Shown here one piece after another: positions 18,568 to 28,742 of a stretch of DNA of 64,000 nucleotides. The notes under the pieces were generated by a model that saw nothing but the letters and a program-made list of their open reading frames with translations, ran no database searches and had not been told where the DNA came from. The position numbers and the translations under genes are program-made. The DNA lies in the NCBI GenBank assembly GCA_024695405.1, contig JAILIF010000108.1, forward strand, positions 2,970-66,969, written 5' to 3'. Source of the stretch: Bacilli bacterium. Its GTDB lineage: Bacteria; Bacillota_I; Bacilli_A; RFN20; CAG-826. Within the stretch, counting starts at the first letter, position 1, and every line of letters starts with the position of its first letter.

Positions 18568-19386
18568 ATGTCAACACTAGTTATTAAAGATTTATGCGCC
18601 GAAGTTGAAGGCAAACCAATATTAAAAGGAGTTAACCTTACAATTAGTAAAGGTGAAACTGTCGCTTTGTTAGGCCCTAATGGACACGGTAAATCAACTT
18701 TATTAAACGTTTTAATGGGACACCCTAAGTATAAAGTAACCAAAGGTGAAGTTTTACTTGATGGAAAAAATATTTTAGAGATGTCTACTGACGAAAGAAG
18801 TAAATTAGGTTTATTTTTAGGAATGCAAAATCCAAGTGAAGTACCTGGAGTTATTAATTCTGATTTCTTAAGAGCAGCAATTAACGAACATAATGATAAG
18901 CCTGTTTCTACTTATCAATTTTATAAATTATTAGATAATGCTACTAAAGAAGTAAAAATGCCATTTGATTTGGCTACACGTGGGTTAAATGAAGGCTTCT
19001 CTGGTGGTGAAAAGAAGAGAAATGAAATTCTTCAATTAATTTTGTTAAATCCTGAAATTGCTTTCTTAGATGAAATCGATTCTGGACTTGATGTTGATGC
19101 ACTTCAAATTGTCGCTGATGTTATCAATAAATTAAAAGCTCAAGGTATGGGCTTCTTAGTAATTTCTCACTACGCAAGATTATATGATTTAATCAAACCA
19201 ACTAGAGCAGTAGTTATGATTAATGGACGGATTGCAGTTGATGCTGGTCCTGAAGTAGCAAATAGAATTGATAAACATGGATATGAATGGATTAAAACTG
19301 AATTAGGCATTGAAGTTGCTAAAGAAGAAAAAGATATGAACACAGTATCTATCGGTAGCTGTGCTGTAAAGGAAAGTATTAAATAA
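18568..19386 (+). CDS. sufC: Fe-S cluster assembly ATPase SufC
   Basis: Walker A GPNGHGKST, signature FSGGEKKR; 272 aa; first gene of the suf operon. Confidence 0.9.
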   Translation: MSTLVIKDLCAEVEGKPILKGVNLTISKGETVALLGPNGHGKSTLLNVLMGHPKYKVTKGEVLLDGKNILEMSTDERSKLGLFLGMQNPSEVPGVINSDFLRAAINEHNDKPVSTYQFYKLLDNATKEVKMPFDLATRGLNEGFSGGEKKRNEILQLILLNPEIAFLDEIDSGLDVDALQIVADVINKLKAQGMGFLVISHYARLYDLIKPTRAVVMINGRIAVDAGPEVANRIDKHGYEWIKTELGIEVAKEEKDMNTVSIGSCAVKESIK

Positions 19387-20111
19387 TGAAAGAATTATTA
19401 TTGGATAACATTTCTAATAATTTTGTTGTTGATAAAAACGAAAACTTTTTCATCAATAAGTTTGATGGTGCAAAAGATATTCAAATCACTTTAAACGAGA
19501 ATGTTGAATCAGTTTTATCACTGCTTTCATTAAGTGGTTATGAAGGAAATATCAACATTAAAATTAGTAAGGATAGTAGGTTAGAAATCTATTATGCAGA
19601 TTTTGCTAAAAATGTAACAAAAACTAAAGTAAATATTTCTTTAGAAAAAGGGGCTAAAGTTATTTTCCACTTAGCTTCTTTAACTGTTGAAAATTCAAAT
19701 AAGTTATTCACTGTTTCCGTAGATCATGATGCTGTTAATACTTATTCATTAATTGATAATTATGGCGTTGTTAAAGGAAATGGAAAACTTGTTTTCGATG
19801 GTATTAGTTATATTAAAAATGGTAGTGTTAAGTCCAAAACAAGACAAAGCGCAAAGATTATGGTTTTCGATGAAAAATCCATCGGAATCGCAAAGCCAAT
19901 TTTGAAAATTGACGAGAATGATATCGAAGCAAGCCATGGTGCGGTAGTAGGCAAGATTAGTGATGAACACTTATTCTACTTAATGAGTCGTGGTCTTTCA
20001 GAAGAAAAAGCTAAGATATTAATTACATATGGTTATTTAAAACCAATCATGAATGGTTTTGATGAAAATATCCAAGCAACGATTGAGAAATTAATCGAGG
20101 GGAAAATGTAA
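19386..20111 (+). CDS. sufD: Fe-S cluster assembly protein SufD (short form)
   Basis: Position between sufC and sufS; C-terminal SufBD-type beta-helix region ([26 protein letters not shown] matches the SufB C-terminus); only 241 aa. Confidence 0.7.
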   Translation: MKELLLDNISNNFVVDKNENFFINKFDGAKDIQITLNENVESVLSLLSLSGYEGNINIKISKDSRLEIYYADFAKNVTKTKVNISLEKGAKVIFHLASLTVENSNKLFTVSVDHDAVNTYSLIDNYGVVKGNGKLVFDGISYIKNGSVKSKTRQSAKIMVFDEKSIGIAKPILKIDENDIEASHGAVVGKISDEHLFYLMSRGLSEEKAKILITYGYLKPIMNGFDENIQATIEKLIEGKM

Positions 20112-20112
20112 A

Positions 20113-21345
20113 ATGTACGACGTTTACAAAGTAAGAAAAGACTTCCCTATGCTTGATGGGACTAAGAAAATGCAAGGTAAGCCACTAGTTTATCTTGATA
20201 ATGCATCTACAACATTTAAGCCACAGGTAGTTATAGACAAGATGAATGAGTATTATACTACATTGAATGCTAACTCACATCGTGGTGACTATGATCTTTT
20301 ATATAATATGGATGTAGCTGTTCAAGAATCTAGAAAAGCTATAGCAAAGTTCATAAACGCAGACGAAAACGAAGTGGTTTTCACAAGTGGTGATACAGCT
20401 TCATTAAACCTTGTAGCGTTCGGTTATGCATTAAAGTTTCTTAAAGAGAATGATGAAATTTTAATTAGTGAAACAGAACATGCAAGTAACGTATTACCAT
20501 GGTTCAAAGTATGCGAACTTACAGGTGCTAAAATTAAGTACATCCCATTAGACGAAGATGGAAAGATTACACCAGCAAATGTTAAAAACGTATTATCTAG
20601 TTCGACTAAAATTGTTTCAATTGCTCACGTAGGAAATGTCCTTGGTTATGAAATAAATATCAAGGAAATTGCTAAGTTAGTTCACGAAGTTGGAGCAGTT
20701 ATTGTTGTTGATGGAGCTCAATCAGTTCCACACATTAAAACTGACTTTAAAGATTTAGATTGTGACTTCTTAACATTCTCTGCACATAAAATGTGTGGTC
20801 CTACTGGAATTGGCGCTTTAGTTGGTAAATATGACCTATTAGATAAGATGGACGCAGTCTTCGGTGGAGGCGGCATGAATGTCAAATTCTCTACTGATGG
20901 AACATGCATCCCGCTTAACCCACCTTCTAAGTTTGAAGCAGGAACTTTAAACCTCTCAGGAATACTTGGGTTTAAAGCTGCTGTGGAATATTTAGAAGAA
21001 TTAGGAATGGAAAATATTCATAAGCATGATGTAGAACTATTCGATTATGCTGTTTCTAATTTAGAGAAGAATGAGAACATTATTATTTATAATAAGAATT
21101 CTCATAACGGCATTCTTACATTTAATGTAAAGAACGTATTCTCGCAAGATGAAGCAACACTCTTAAACCATAAGGGTATTGCGGTCAGAAGTGGCCAACA
21201 TTGTGCGAAATTAATTGATGATGTTGTTAAAACAAAAGCAACAGTAAGAGCTAGCTTCTACTTATATACAACTAAGGAAGATGTCGATGCTTTAATAGAT
21301 GCTTTAAACGAAGGAGGAGATATTTTAGATGCTTACTTTAACTAA
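20113..21345 (+). CDS. sufS: Cysteine desulfurase SufS
   Basis: Class V aminotransferase; PLP-Lys in SAHKMCGPTGIG; catalytic Cys RSGQHCA; 410 aa. Confidence 0.9.
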   Translation: MYDVYKVRKDFPMLDGTKKMQGKPLVYLDNASTTFKPQVVIDKMNEYYTTLNANSHRGDYDLLYNMDVAVQESRKAIAKFINADENEVVFTSGDTASLNLVAFGYALKFLKENDEILISETEHASNVLPWFKVCELTGAKIKYIPLDEDGKITPANVKNVLSSSTKIVSIAHVGNVLGYEINIKEIAKLVHEVGAVIVVDGAQSVPHIKTDFKDLDCDFLTFSAHKMCGPTGIGALVGKYDLLDKMDAVFGGGGMNVKFSTDGTCIPLNPPSKFEAGTLNLSGILGFKAAVEYLEELGMENIHKHDVELFDYAVSNLEKNENIIIYNKNSHNGILTFNVKNVFSQDEATLLNHKGIAVRSGQHCAKLIDDVVKTKATVRASFYLYTTKEDVDALIDALNEGGDILDAYFN

Positions 21346-21757
21346 TGAAATGATGAGAGCTATCATCATGGACCATTATTCAAATCCAGTAAATAAAAAA
21401 CAACCTCCTAAAGATGGCTATGAAAAAATTCATATGCACAGTGATAACTGCATCGATGATATTGATGTATTTTTACTTGTAGAAAACGGTGTTGTTACAG
21501 ATGCATGTTTTGATGGTGTTGCGTGTGCTATTTCAACTTCTTCAACAGACATTATGTGTGACTTATTAAAAGGAAAAGATGTTGAATGTGCAAAATACAT
21601 CATTGATCAATATCATCACATGATTCACGAAGAAGAATTTGATGAATCAGTATTAGAAGAATCTCTGGCATTCATTAATACATCCAAACAAGCAGCTAGA
21701 ATTAGATGCGCTACTATTGGTTGGAATGCAGCAGACGAGATTCTAAAGGATAAATAA
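21329..21757 (+). CDS. sufU: SUF sulfur-transfer/scaffold protein SufU (NifU-like N-terminal domain)
   Basis: Conserved Cys at [12 protein letters not shown] plus a further Cys; sits between sufS and sufB; the start may be the internal Met at about 21350. Confidence 0.8.
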   Translation: MLTLTNEMMRAIIMDHYSNPVNKKQPPKDGYEKIHMHSDNCIDDIDVFLLVENGVVTDACFDGVACAISTSSTDIMCDLLKGKDVECAKYIIDQYHHMIHEEEFDESVLEESLAFINTSKQAARIRCATIGWNAADEILKDK

Positions 21758-21758
21758 T

Positions 21759-23159
21759 ATGTCAGGAAAAGATGTTAAATTCCAAGAAGATTATAAATAT
21801 GGTTTTAAAGACGAAGATGTCTCTATTTTAAAAACGGACAAAGGCATCAATGAAGATATAGTTCGCGAGATTTCTCGCTTAAAAAACGAGCCAGATTGGA
21901 TGCTGGAATTCAGATTAAACGCTTTAAAAGCCTTTAATGAATTACCTATGCCTTCTTTTGGTCCTGATTTAAGTTATTTAGATTTTGATTCTTACACTTA
22001 CTTTACTAGACCTAGCAAGAAAGAAGTTCAAAGTTGGGATGAAGTTCCTGAAACTATTAAGAATACATTTAATAAATTAGGCATTCCTGAAGCAGAACAA
22101 AAATATCTTTCTGGTGTATCTACTCAATATGAATCCGAAGTTGTTTACCATAATATGTTAAAAGAAATTCAAGATAAAGGTGTTGTTTTCCTTTCTACTG
22201 ATATGGCAGTTCAACTTTATCCAGATTTAGTTAAGAAATATATCGGTACGCTAGTACCAACAAAAGACAATAAGTTCTCCGCATTAAATAGTGCTGTTTG
22301 GTCGGGTGGTTCATTTATTTATGTTCCAAAAGGCGTACATTTAGATAAGCCACTTCAAAGCTATTTCAGAATTAATAATGAAAAGAGTGGCCAATTCGAA
22401 AGAACTTTAATTATCGTTGATGAAGGTGCAGATGTACATTACGTTGAAGGATGTACTGCTCCTACATATTCAAAAGAATCATTACACGCTGCTGTTGTTG
22501 AAATCTTTGTACATAAAGGTGGCAAATGTCGTTATTCAACAGTTCAAAACTGGTCAACAAATATTGTTAACTTAGTTACAAAAAGAGCAATCTGTTATGA
22601 AGATGCTTCTATGGAATGGATTGATGGTAACATCGGTAGCCAAACAAATATGAAATATCCTGCATGTATTTTGGCGGGTGAAGGCGCAAAAGGCACTTGC
22701 ATTTCTATTGCTGTTGCTGGAAAAGACCAATATCAAGATGCTGGCGCTAGAATGATTCACTTAGCAAGCAATACAACATCTACAATTATTTCTAAATCAA
22801 TTGTTAAAAATGGTGGTGTTGCTAACTATCGTGGAACAGTTAGACACGTTAATGGTGCTAAAAACTGTAGATCACACGTTGAATGTGACACTTTAATTTT
22901 AGATAACATTTCTAAGAGCGATACAATTCCAAATAATGATGTAAGAAACAATACTTCATATATTGAACACGAAGCTACAGTTAGTAAGATTAGTGAAGAT
23001 CAATTATTCTACTTAATGTCTCGCGGCATTTCTGAAAAAGATGCAACTCAAATGATTATCATGGGCTTTATTGAACCATTTTCAAGAGAACTTCCTATGG
23101 AATATGCTGTTGAGTTGAATCAATTAATTAAAATGGATATGGAAGGTAGCGTTGGTTAG
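21759..23159 (+). CDS. sufB: Fe-S cluster assembly protein SufB
   Basis: 466 aa; C-terminal SufB/D beta-helix ([26 protein letters not shown]). Confidence 0.9.
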   Translation: MSGKDVKFQEDYKYGFKDEDVSILKTDKGINEDIVREISRLKNEPDWMLEFRLNALKAFNELPMPSFGPDLSYLDFDSYTYFTRPSKKEVQSWDEVPETIKNTFNKLGIPEAEQKYLSGVSTQYESEVVYHNMLKEIQDKGVVFLSTDMAVQLYPDLVKKYIGTLVPTKDNKFSALNSAVWSGGSFIYVPKGVHLDKPLQSYFRINNEKSGQFERTLIIVDEGADVHYVEGCTAPTYSKESLHAAVVEIFVHKGGKCRYSTVQNWSTNIVNLVTKRAICYEDASMEWIDGNIGSQTNMKYPACILAGEGAKGTCISIAVAGKDQYQDAGARMIHLASNTTSTIISKSIVKNGGVANYRGTVRHVNGAKNCRSHVECDTLILDNISKSDTIPNNDVRNNTSYIEHEATVSKISEDQLFYLMSRGISEKDATQMIIMGFIEPFSRELPMEYAVELNQLIKMDMEGSVG

Positions 23160-23160
23160 T

Positions 23161-25041
23161 ATGAAAGACTATGAAGTTATTGTAGTTGGCGGTGGCCACG
23201 CTGGTTTAGAATCCGCTTTTGCTTGTGCTCATATGGGGCATAAGACTTTACTTGTTTCTTTAAATATTAAAAAGATGGGAAATATGCCATGCAATCCTTC
23301 AATTGGTGGTTCTGCAAAGGGTATCGTTGTTAGAGAAATCGACGCTTTAGGCGGAATGATGGGCATTGCTGCTGACCATCATTATTTACAAATGAAGATG
23401 CTCAACACTGGTAAAGGCCCTGGCGTTCAATGTTTAAGAGCTCAACAAGATAAATTAGAATATCCTGAATATATTCAATCATTAGCGTTAAATACTGAAA
23501 ACTTAACCATTAAAGAAGGTGAAGTTGTTGCAGTACTTCACGATGATAAAAAAGTTTTTGGCGTTAAGATGAGAGACGGTGAAGAAATTACTTCAGACGC
23601 TGTCATTTTAACTACAGGAACTTACATGGAATCTAAAATCTTTAGAGGAAATGATATTAGAGATGAAGGCCCTGATGGAGAAAAGCCATCCAAAGGTTTA
23701 TCTCCATGCTTAAAATCTATGGGTATTGATATCTTTAGATTAAAAACAGGTACTCCTCCAAGAATTAAATCTGATTCTATTGATTGGAGCAAAGGTAGTA
23801 TTCAACCTGGAACAAAAGGTAAGTTAGCTTTTTCCTATGAAACAAAAGAATTTATTCCTGTTGAAGAACAAATCCCTTGCTACTTAATTTATACAACTCC
23901 AAAGACTCATGAAATTATTAGAGCGCACTTAAAAGAATCCGCTATGTTTGGTGGTCAGATTACAGGTGTTGGTCCAAGATATTGTCCTTCTATTGAATCA
24001 AAGATTGTTACTTTTGCTGATAAAGAAAGACACCAATTATTCTTAGAACCAGAATCTAGATATACTGATTCTATTTATATTCAAGGTTTCTCAACTTCTA
24101 TGCCAGTAGATGTTCAAGAAGAAATGGTTAGATCATTGCCTGGTTTTGAAAATGCAGTCTTTTTAAAGTATGCATACGCTATTGAGTATGACGCTATTCA
24201 AACTCACGAATATAAAGCAACTTTAGAACTTAAAAAATGGCCAGGATTATATATTGGCGGTCAAATCTGTGGTACTTCTGGATATGAAGAAGCTGCTGCT
24301 TTAGGCTTAATGGCAGGAATTAATGCTTCTTTAAAACTTGAAGGTAAAGAACCATTAATTCTTAGAAGAGATCAATCCTATATTGGTGTTATGATTGACG
24401 ACTTAGTAACTAAAGGAACAGAAGAACCATATAGACTTATGTCTTCGAGAGCGGAATTCCGTTTAATTCTTAGACACGATAACGCTGATTTAAGATTAAC
24501 TGAAATTGGACATAATATTGGTTTAATTAAAGAAGAAAGATATCAAAGATTCTTAGCTAAGAAAGCTAATATTAATAAAGCATTAGAAGTATTAGGTAAT
24601 GTCTATTTAGGCATGAGAAAAGATGTTAATGAATACTTAACTTCTATTGAGTCATCACCTTTAACTGGTGGTATCTTAGCTCTCAACTTATTAAAAAGAC
24701 CGAATGTATCTTATAGAGAAATAGCTAAGTTTATTGATGAACTAAAAGATATAGAACTCGATGATAGTGCGGTTGAAGAAATCGAAGTTATCGCTAAATA
24801 TGAAGGATATATTACAAAGCAAATCAAAGAAGCTGCTAATATGGCTAAACTTGATGAAATGAAAATTCCACAAGACTTTGATTATTTAAATATGAATGGA
24901 CTTGCTCTTGAAGCTAGACAAAAAATGGACAAAGTTAAACCTTTAACTATTGGACAAGCATCTAGAATTTCTGGAGTTAATCCTAGTGATGTTGCAGTTC
25001 TTATTATGAACGTTAGGAAAAGATTAGATGGAAAAGAATAG
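23161..25041 (+). CDS. mnmG: tRNA uridine-5-carboxymethylaminomethyl modification enzyme MnmG (GidA)
   Basis: FAD-binding VIVVGGGHAG; 627 aa; ATG at 23161 just after the sufB stop. Confidence 0.9.
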   Translation: MKDYEVIVVGGGHAGLESAFACAHMGHKTLLVSLNIKKMGNMPCNPSIGGSAKGIVVREIDALGGMMGIAADHHYLQMKMLNTGKGPGVQCLRAQQDKLEYPEYIQSLALNTENLTIKEGEVVAVLHDDKKVFGVKMRDGEEITSDAVILTTGTYMESKIFRGNDIRDEGPDGEKPSKGLSPCLKSMGIDIFRLKTGTPPRIKSDSIDWSKGSIQPGTKGKLAFSYETKEFIPVEEQIPCYLIYTTPKTHEIIRAHLKESAMFGGQITGVGPRYCPSIESKIVTFADKERHQLFLEPESRYTDSIYIQGFSTSMPVDVQEEMVRSLPGFENAVFLKYAYAIEYDAIQTHEYKATLELKKWPGLYIGGQICGTSGYEEAAALGLMAGINASLKLEGKEPLILRRDQSYIGVMIDDLVTKGTEEPYRLMSSRAEFRLILRHDNADLRLTEIGHNIGLIKEERYQRFLAKKANINKALEVLGNVYLGMRKDVNEYLTSIESSPLTGGILALNLLKRPNVSYREIAKFIDELKDIELDDSAVEEIEVIAKYEGYITKQIKEAANMAKLDEMKIPQDFDYLNMNGLALEARQKMDKVKPLTIGQASRISGVNPSDVAVLIMNVRKRLDGKE

Positions 25042-25726
25042 TTTCATTAATGAATTAAAGATTAGATGTGTTGATGTTTCTGATGAACAATATGCTTTAT
25101 TAGAAAAGTTCATGAAACATGTTCTTTTAACTAACGAAAAATTTAACTTAACTGCAATTAAAAACGAATCAGAATTCTTAGAAAAGATGGTTTTTGATAG
25201 TGCCATTTTACTCAATGACCAAGATTTGAAAAACGCATCAATCTTAGATATGGGTACTGGCGCAGGATTTCCGAGTGTGGTTCTTGCTATTTTATCAAAT
25301 AATAAAATTACTGCATTAGATAGCACTAAAAAGAAAATAGATTTTATCGATGAATTCTGTAAAGAAAACGGAATTAAAATTGATTGTGTTAATGCTCGTG
25401 CTGAAGACTTCTCTTCTAGTTATAGAGAGGAGTATGATTACGTTACTGCTAGAGCTATGGCAGAACTTAGAATTCTTGTTGAATTAGGCGTACCTGCTTT
25501 AAAAGTTGGCGGTAAATTACTTGCTTATAAAGGCCCTAACTATGAAGAAGAAGTAGAACGTAGTAGAGGCACAATGTGCAAATTAGGATGTCATATTGAA
25601 AAGGTATATTCTGATGTTTTACCTGAAACAGGTGAAGAAAGAAACATCATCTATATTGTCAAAGATAGAGCTACTGATAATAAATTTCCAAGAGAATATA
25701 AAATTATTAAGGAAAAATCATTATAA
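25028..25726 (+). CDS. rsmG: 16S rRNA (guanine527-N7)-methyltransferase RsmG (GidB)
   Basis: SAM motif LDMGTGAGFP; 232 aa; overlaps the mnmG stop. Confidence 0.85.
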   Translation: MEKNSFINELKIRCVDVSDEQYALLEKFMKHVLLTNEKFNLTAIKNESEFLEKMVFDSAILLNDQDLKNASILDMGTGAGFPSVVLAILSNNKITALDSTKKKIDFIDEFCKENGIKIDCVNARAEDFSSSYREEYDYVTARAMAELRILVELGVPALKVGGKLLAYKGPNYEEEVERSRGTMCKLGCHIEKVYSDVLPETGEERNIIYIVKDRATDNKFPREYKIIKEKSL

Positions 25727-25746
25727 ATGATACAATAGGTATCACC

Positions 25747-26511
25747 ATGGCAAAGATAATATCTATTTGTAACCAAAAAGGTGGTGTAGGTAAAACTACA
25801 TCTGCTATAAATATTTCTGCGGCGTTAGCTCATAATGGACGTCGTGTTTTACTTGTAGATATGGACCCTCAAGGTAATGCATCTCAAGGTGTTGGATTCG
25901 ATATTTCTTTATTAAATAAATGCGTATTAGATGTATTAAATGATGGACAAAGTATTAGAAAAGTCATTAAAAAGACTAATTTTGAAAATTTAGATTTACT
26001 TCCATCCAAACTTAAATTAGCTAGTATGGATGATTTAGATAGTTCTTCACAAAAATATCATATTTTAAAAGATTGCCTTATGAAGATTGAAGATCAATAT
26101 GATTATATCATTATTGATTGTCCTCCTTCTTTTGGCTTCTTAACATTGAATTCTTTAGTAGCTTCTAATACTGTTATTATTCCTGTACAATGTGAATATT
26201 TCGCAATGGCAGCTATTTCTCAAATGCTTGCTACTATTTCTAGAATTCAATCTTCATTAAATCCATCCCTATCAATCGAAGGATTCTTATTAACTATGTA
26301 TGATTCAAAGACTAATATGGATACTGATATTACTATTCAAGTTAGATCTTTGTTTAAAGAGAATACATTCTTAACACAAATTCCTAGAAATATTTCTATT
26401 CCAGAAAGTAATCAAAGAGGTGAACCAGTAACTTCTTATAGACCAACTAGTTCTGGAGCACTTGCATATTTTGCACTTGCGAAAGAAATTATTGACCACG
26501 AAACATTCTAA
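25747..26511 (+). CDS. soj: ParA/Soj chromosome-partitioning ATPase
   Basis: Deviant Walker A KGGVGKTT; 254 aa. Confidence 0.85.
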   Translation: MAKIISICNQKGGVGKTTSAINISAALAHNGRRVLLVDMDPQGNASQGVGFDISLLNKCVLDVLNDGQSIRKVIKKTNFENLDLLPSKLKLASMDDLDSSSQKYHILKDCLMKIEDQYDYIIIDCPPSFGFLTLNSLVASNTVIIPVQCEYFAMAAISQMLATISRIQSSLNPSLSIEGFLLTMYDSKTNMDTDITIQVRSLFKENTFLTQIPRNISIPESNQRGEPVTSYRPTSSGALAYFALAKEIIDHETF

Positions 26512-26546
26512 AGCATTTTATTATTTATTTATAAATTGATGGGTAT

Positions 26547-26690
26547 ATAATATATACGCTTCAGGGCAGCGAAAAGCGACCGGCGGTATACCCCGCGAGC
26601 CAAAAATGGCAGGAACTTGTTAGATTCAAGTGGCGACAGTAAAGTCTGGATGAAAGAAGTACTTTTTTAGGCCTTGGGAAAGGTCTATTT
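26547..26690 (+). ncRNA. FMN riboswitch (RFN element)
   Basis: CTTCAGGGCAGCGAAAAGCGACCGGCGGTATACCCCGCGAGCC...GTTAGATTCAAGTGGCGACAGTAAAGTCTGGATGAAAGAAG matches RFN-element conserved blocks. It is followed by a hairpin aggcctt-ggga-aaggtct plus a T-run that covers the GGGAAAGG Shine-Dalgarno sequence. Confidence 0.9.
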
Positions 26691-26693
26691 TTT

Positions 26694-27464
26694 ATGAAAA
26701 AAGAAAGAAGAACGGTCAAAGAATCGATCACAAGAATTACGACCCTTGCCATGCTAGCCGCGTTAGGTTATGTCCTAATGGCATTCGTCAAGTTTCCTTA
26801 TCCACCAGCTCCATGGCTTAAGGTTGAAATCAGTGAGCTCGTTACTATTATTGCTTATGCATTATATGGTTTCCCTGGTGGACTCACTATTGCGTTAATC
26901 AAAACATTGCTTAACTTAGTAACAAACGGGGCATCAGGATTAGGTATTGGTGATATTACCGCTTTTATTACATCCTGCATGTTCTTGTTAGGCTTATTTG
27001 TCACAAGCCATCTTAAATGGTTTAAAAAAGGTCTAAAGTTTAGAATTATTTCTTATGTGGTTATCGGCGCAATTGTAGCGGTGGTTATGACTACATTAAA
27101 TGCTATAGTAATTACTCCAAGTTATTTAACTGTATTTGGTCCTAATCCTCATTTTTCTACATGTTTTGAAGATGGCGCTATTCAAAAAACAATCGCATAT
27201 TTAACTAAGAGCGAAGATCCATCTTCAAGCGTTTTGAACTACATTTGGGTTATTACTTACATATATGGACCATTTAACTTAATGAAAGCAGCGATTTGCT
27301 GTGCGCTCTATGAGTTGTTATTTAATAGATTAATCTTTGTTTTTATGAGAAAATCACCATTTTTCCAAAAATGGTTCGTTGGCAATATATTTACTAAAAA
27401 GGTAGAGGAGCCAAAAGAAGATGATAACAAAGAAATCGTTGAAGCAGAGGAAGAAAAAAACTAG
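26694..27464 (+). CDS. ribU: Riboflavin transporter (ECF S-component RibU/FmnP-like)
   Basis: Polytopic membrane protein directly downstream of the FMN riboswitch; 256 aa with a charged C-terminal tail. Confidence 0.75.
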   Translation: MKKERRTVKESITRITTLAMLAALGYVLMAFVKFPYPPAPWLKVEISELVTIIAYALYGFPGGLTIALIKTLLNLVTNGASGLGIGDITAFITSCMFLLGLFVTSHLKWFKKGLKFRIISYVVIGAIVAVVMTTLNAIVITPSYLTVFGPNPHFSTCFEDGAIQKTIAYLTKSEDPSSSVLNYIWVITYIYGPFNLMKAAICCALYELLFNRLIFVFMRKSPFFQKWFVGNIFTKKVEEPKEDDNKEIVEAEEEKN

Positions 27465-27486
27465 GTCAAGTGGCCTAGTTTTTTAT
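27454..27486. terminator. Bidirectional terminator between ribU and the ferredoxin gene
   Basis: A-run, then ctagg-tcaagtgg-cctag, then TTTTTTAT. Confidence 0.55.
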
Positions 27487-27490
27487 ATCT

Positions 27491-27670
27491 TTACTCTTCA
27501 ACAGAGATTGCACCAACAGGGCAGACACTAACTGCATCTTCATCAGCTTCGCCTGTAACTGCTTCTGCAGGACCAGCATCACTGAATCTGAAATCATCAG
27601 GGTAGCTACCTACACAAGCACCACACATGATGCATGCTGATGGGTCAATTTTGACTTTTTTCTTTGCCAT
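27491..27670 (-). CDS. Ferredoxin (small 4Fe-4S/3Fe-4S type), 59 aa
   Basis: Minus-strand translation MAKKKVKIDPSACIMCGACVGSYPDDF...VCPVGAISVEE. Not in the ORF track, probably because it falls below the length cutoff. CxxCxxC...CP motif. Confidence 0.85.
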   Translation of the reverse strand: MAKKKVKIDPSACIMCGACVGSYPDDFRFSDAGPAEAVTGEADEDAVSVCPVGAISVEE

Positions 27671-27785
27671 TATTTTGCCTCCTAAATGGTGAGATTATTA
27701 TATATCGTAATATTGTATGTTGTCAAAACCAATTATTTATCTATAAAAACTCTTTTAATTATATTAAAATCTTTAGGAAAGATTA

Positions 27786-28069
27786 TGGAAGAAACTAGAA
27801 CAAATAAATACAAGGATTATAGAAAATCTATTTTAAAAGAAGATGCTCCTTCTAATTTTTCTAGTCGCGACGTTCTTTCGGGGAATGATGAAACTACAAC
27901 ATTACCATTTGATCAAGTAATGGATGTAAAAGAAGAGAAAGAAAAGTTCGATTTAATCTTATTTTTTAGAAAACACGCAAAACTTTTTGCAATTATTGCA
28001 ATTGGTATTGGACTTTGCCTATTAATAATTGGTATTATCTTATGGGCTTTAAATGTTTGGAGGGTTTAA
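27786..28069 (+). CDS. Hypothetical small membrane-anchored protein
   Basis: ATG at 27786 with an AGGAAAG Shine-Dalgarno sequence; C-terminal TM helix; 94 aa. Confidence 0.4.
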
Positions 28070-28070
28070 A

Positions 28071-28742
28071 ATGAGAATTTCTGTTGCTATAGATGGACCT
28101 GCAGCTGCTGGTAAATCAACAATCGCTAAAAGAATCGCATCCGATTTAGGATATGTGTATATAGATACTGGAGCAATGTATCGTTGCTTTACATGGTATT
28201 GTTTAGAAAAAGGACTTAACTGTGAAGATGAAAAAGCATGTTCAGCAGTTATTCCAGAAGTATCTATTGATTTAAAACCAGATGGCACAGTTTTATGTAA
28301 TGGAACTGATGTTACTAGAGCAATCAGAGAACCAAGAATCAATGCTAATGTTAGTTATATTGCTACATATAAAGACATTAGATTAGCTATGGTTGACCTC
28401 CAAAGAAAATTAGCTGCTAACTCTAGCGTTATTATGGACGGTAGAGATATTGGAACTTATGTTCTTCCAAAAGCTGAAGTTAAAATCTATCAAGTTGCAT
28501 CTGTAGAAGTTAGGGCAATGAGAAGATATAAAGAAAACATGGAAAAAGGTATCGCATGCACATATGAAGATATCGTTGAAGATGTTAAAAAGAGAGATAG
28601 AATTGACTCAGGTAGAGCATTCGCTCCTTTAAAACCAGCTGAAGATAGTATTGAAGTCGATACTTCAGATATGACTATCGAAGAAGTTGTCGCAAAAATC
28701 ACAGGTATTATTAATAATAAGATTAAGGAATTAAGTAAGTAA
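28071..28742 (+). CDS. cmk: Cytidylate kinase
   Basis: MRISVAIDGPAAAGKST P-loop; GGAGGG Shine-Dalgarno sequence; the track start at 28053 is probably too early. Confidence 0.9.
   Translation: MRISVAIDGPAAAGKSTIAKRIASDLGYVYIDTGAMYRCFTWYCLEKGLNCEDEKACSAVIPEVSIDLKPDGTVLCNGTDVTRAIREPRINANVSYIATYKDIRLAMVDLQRKLAANSSVIMDGRDIGTYVLPKAEVKIYQVASVEVRAMRRYKENMEKGIACTYEDIVEDVKKRDRIDSGRAFAPLKPAEDSIEVDTSDMTIEEVVAKITGIINNKIKELSK

Noticed and set aside
25000-26700. oriC or DnaA-box cluster near mnmG-rsmG-parA.
   Set aside because: No dnaA or dnaN in the window and no clustered TTATCCACA boxes in the flanking intergenic regions. The only near-match is inside ribU coding sequence.
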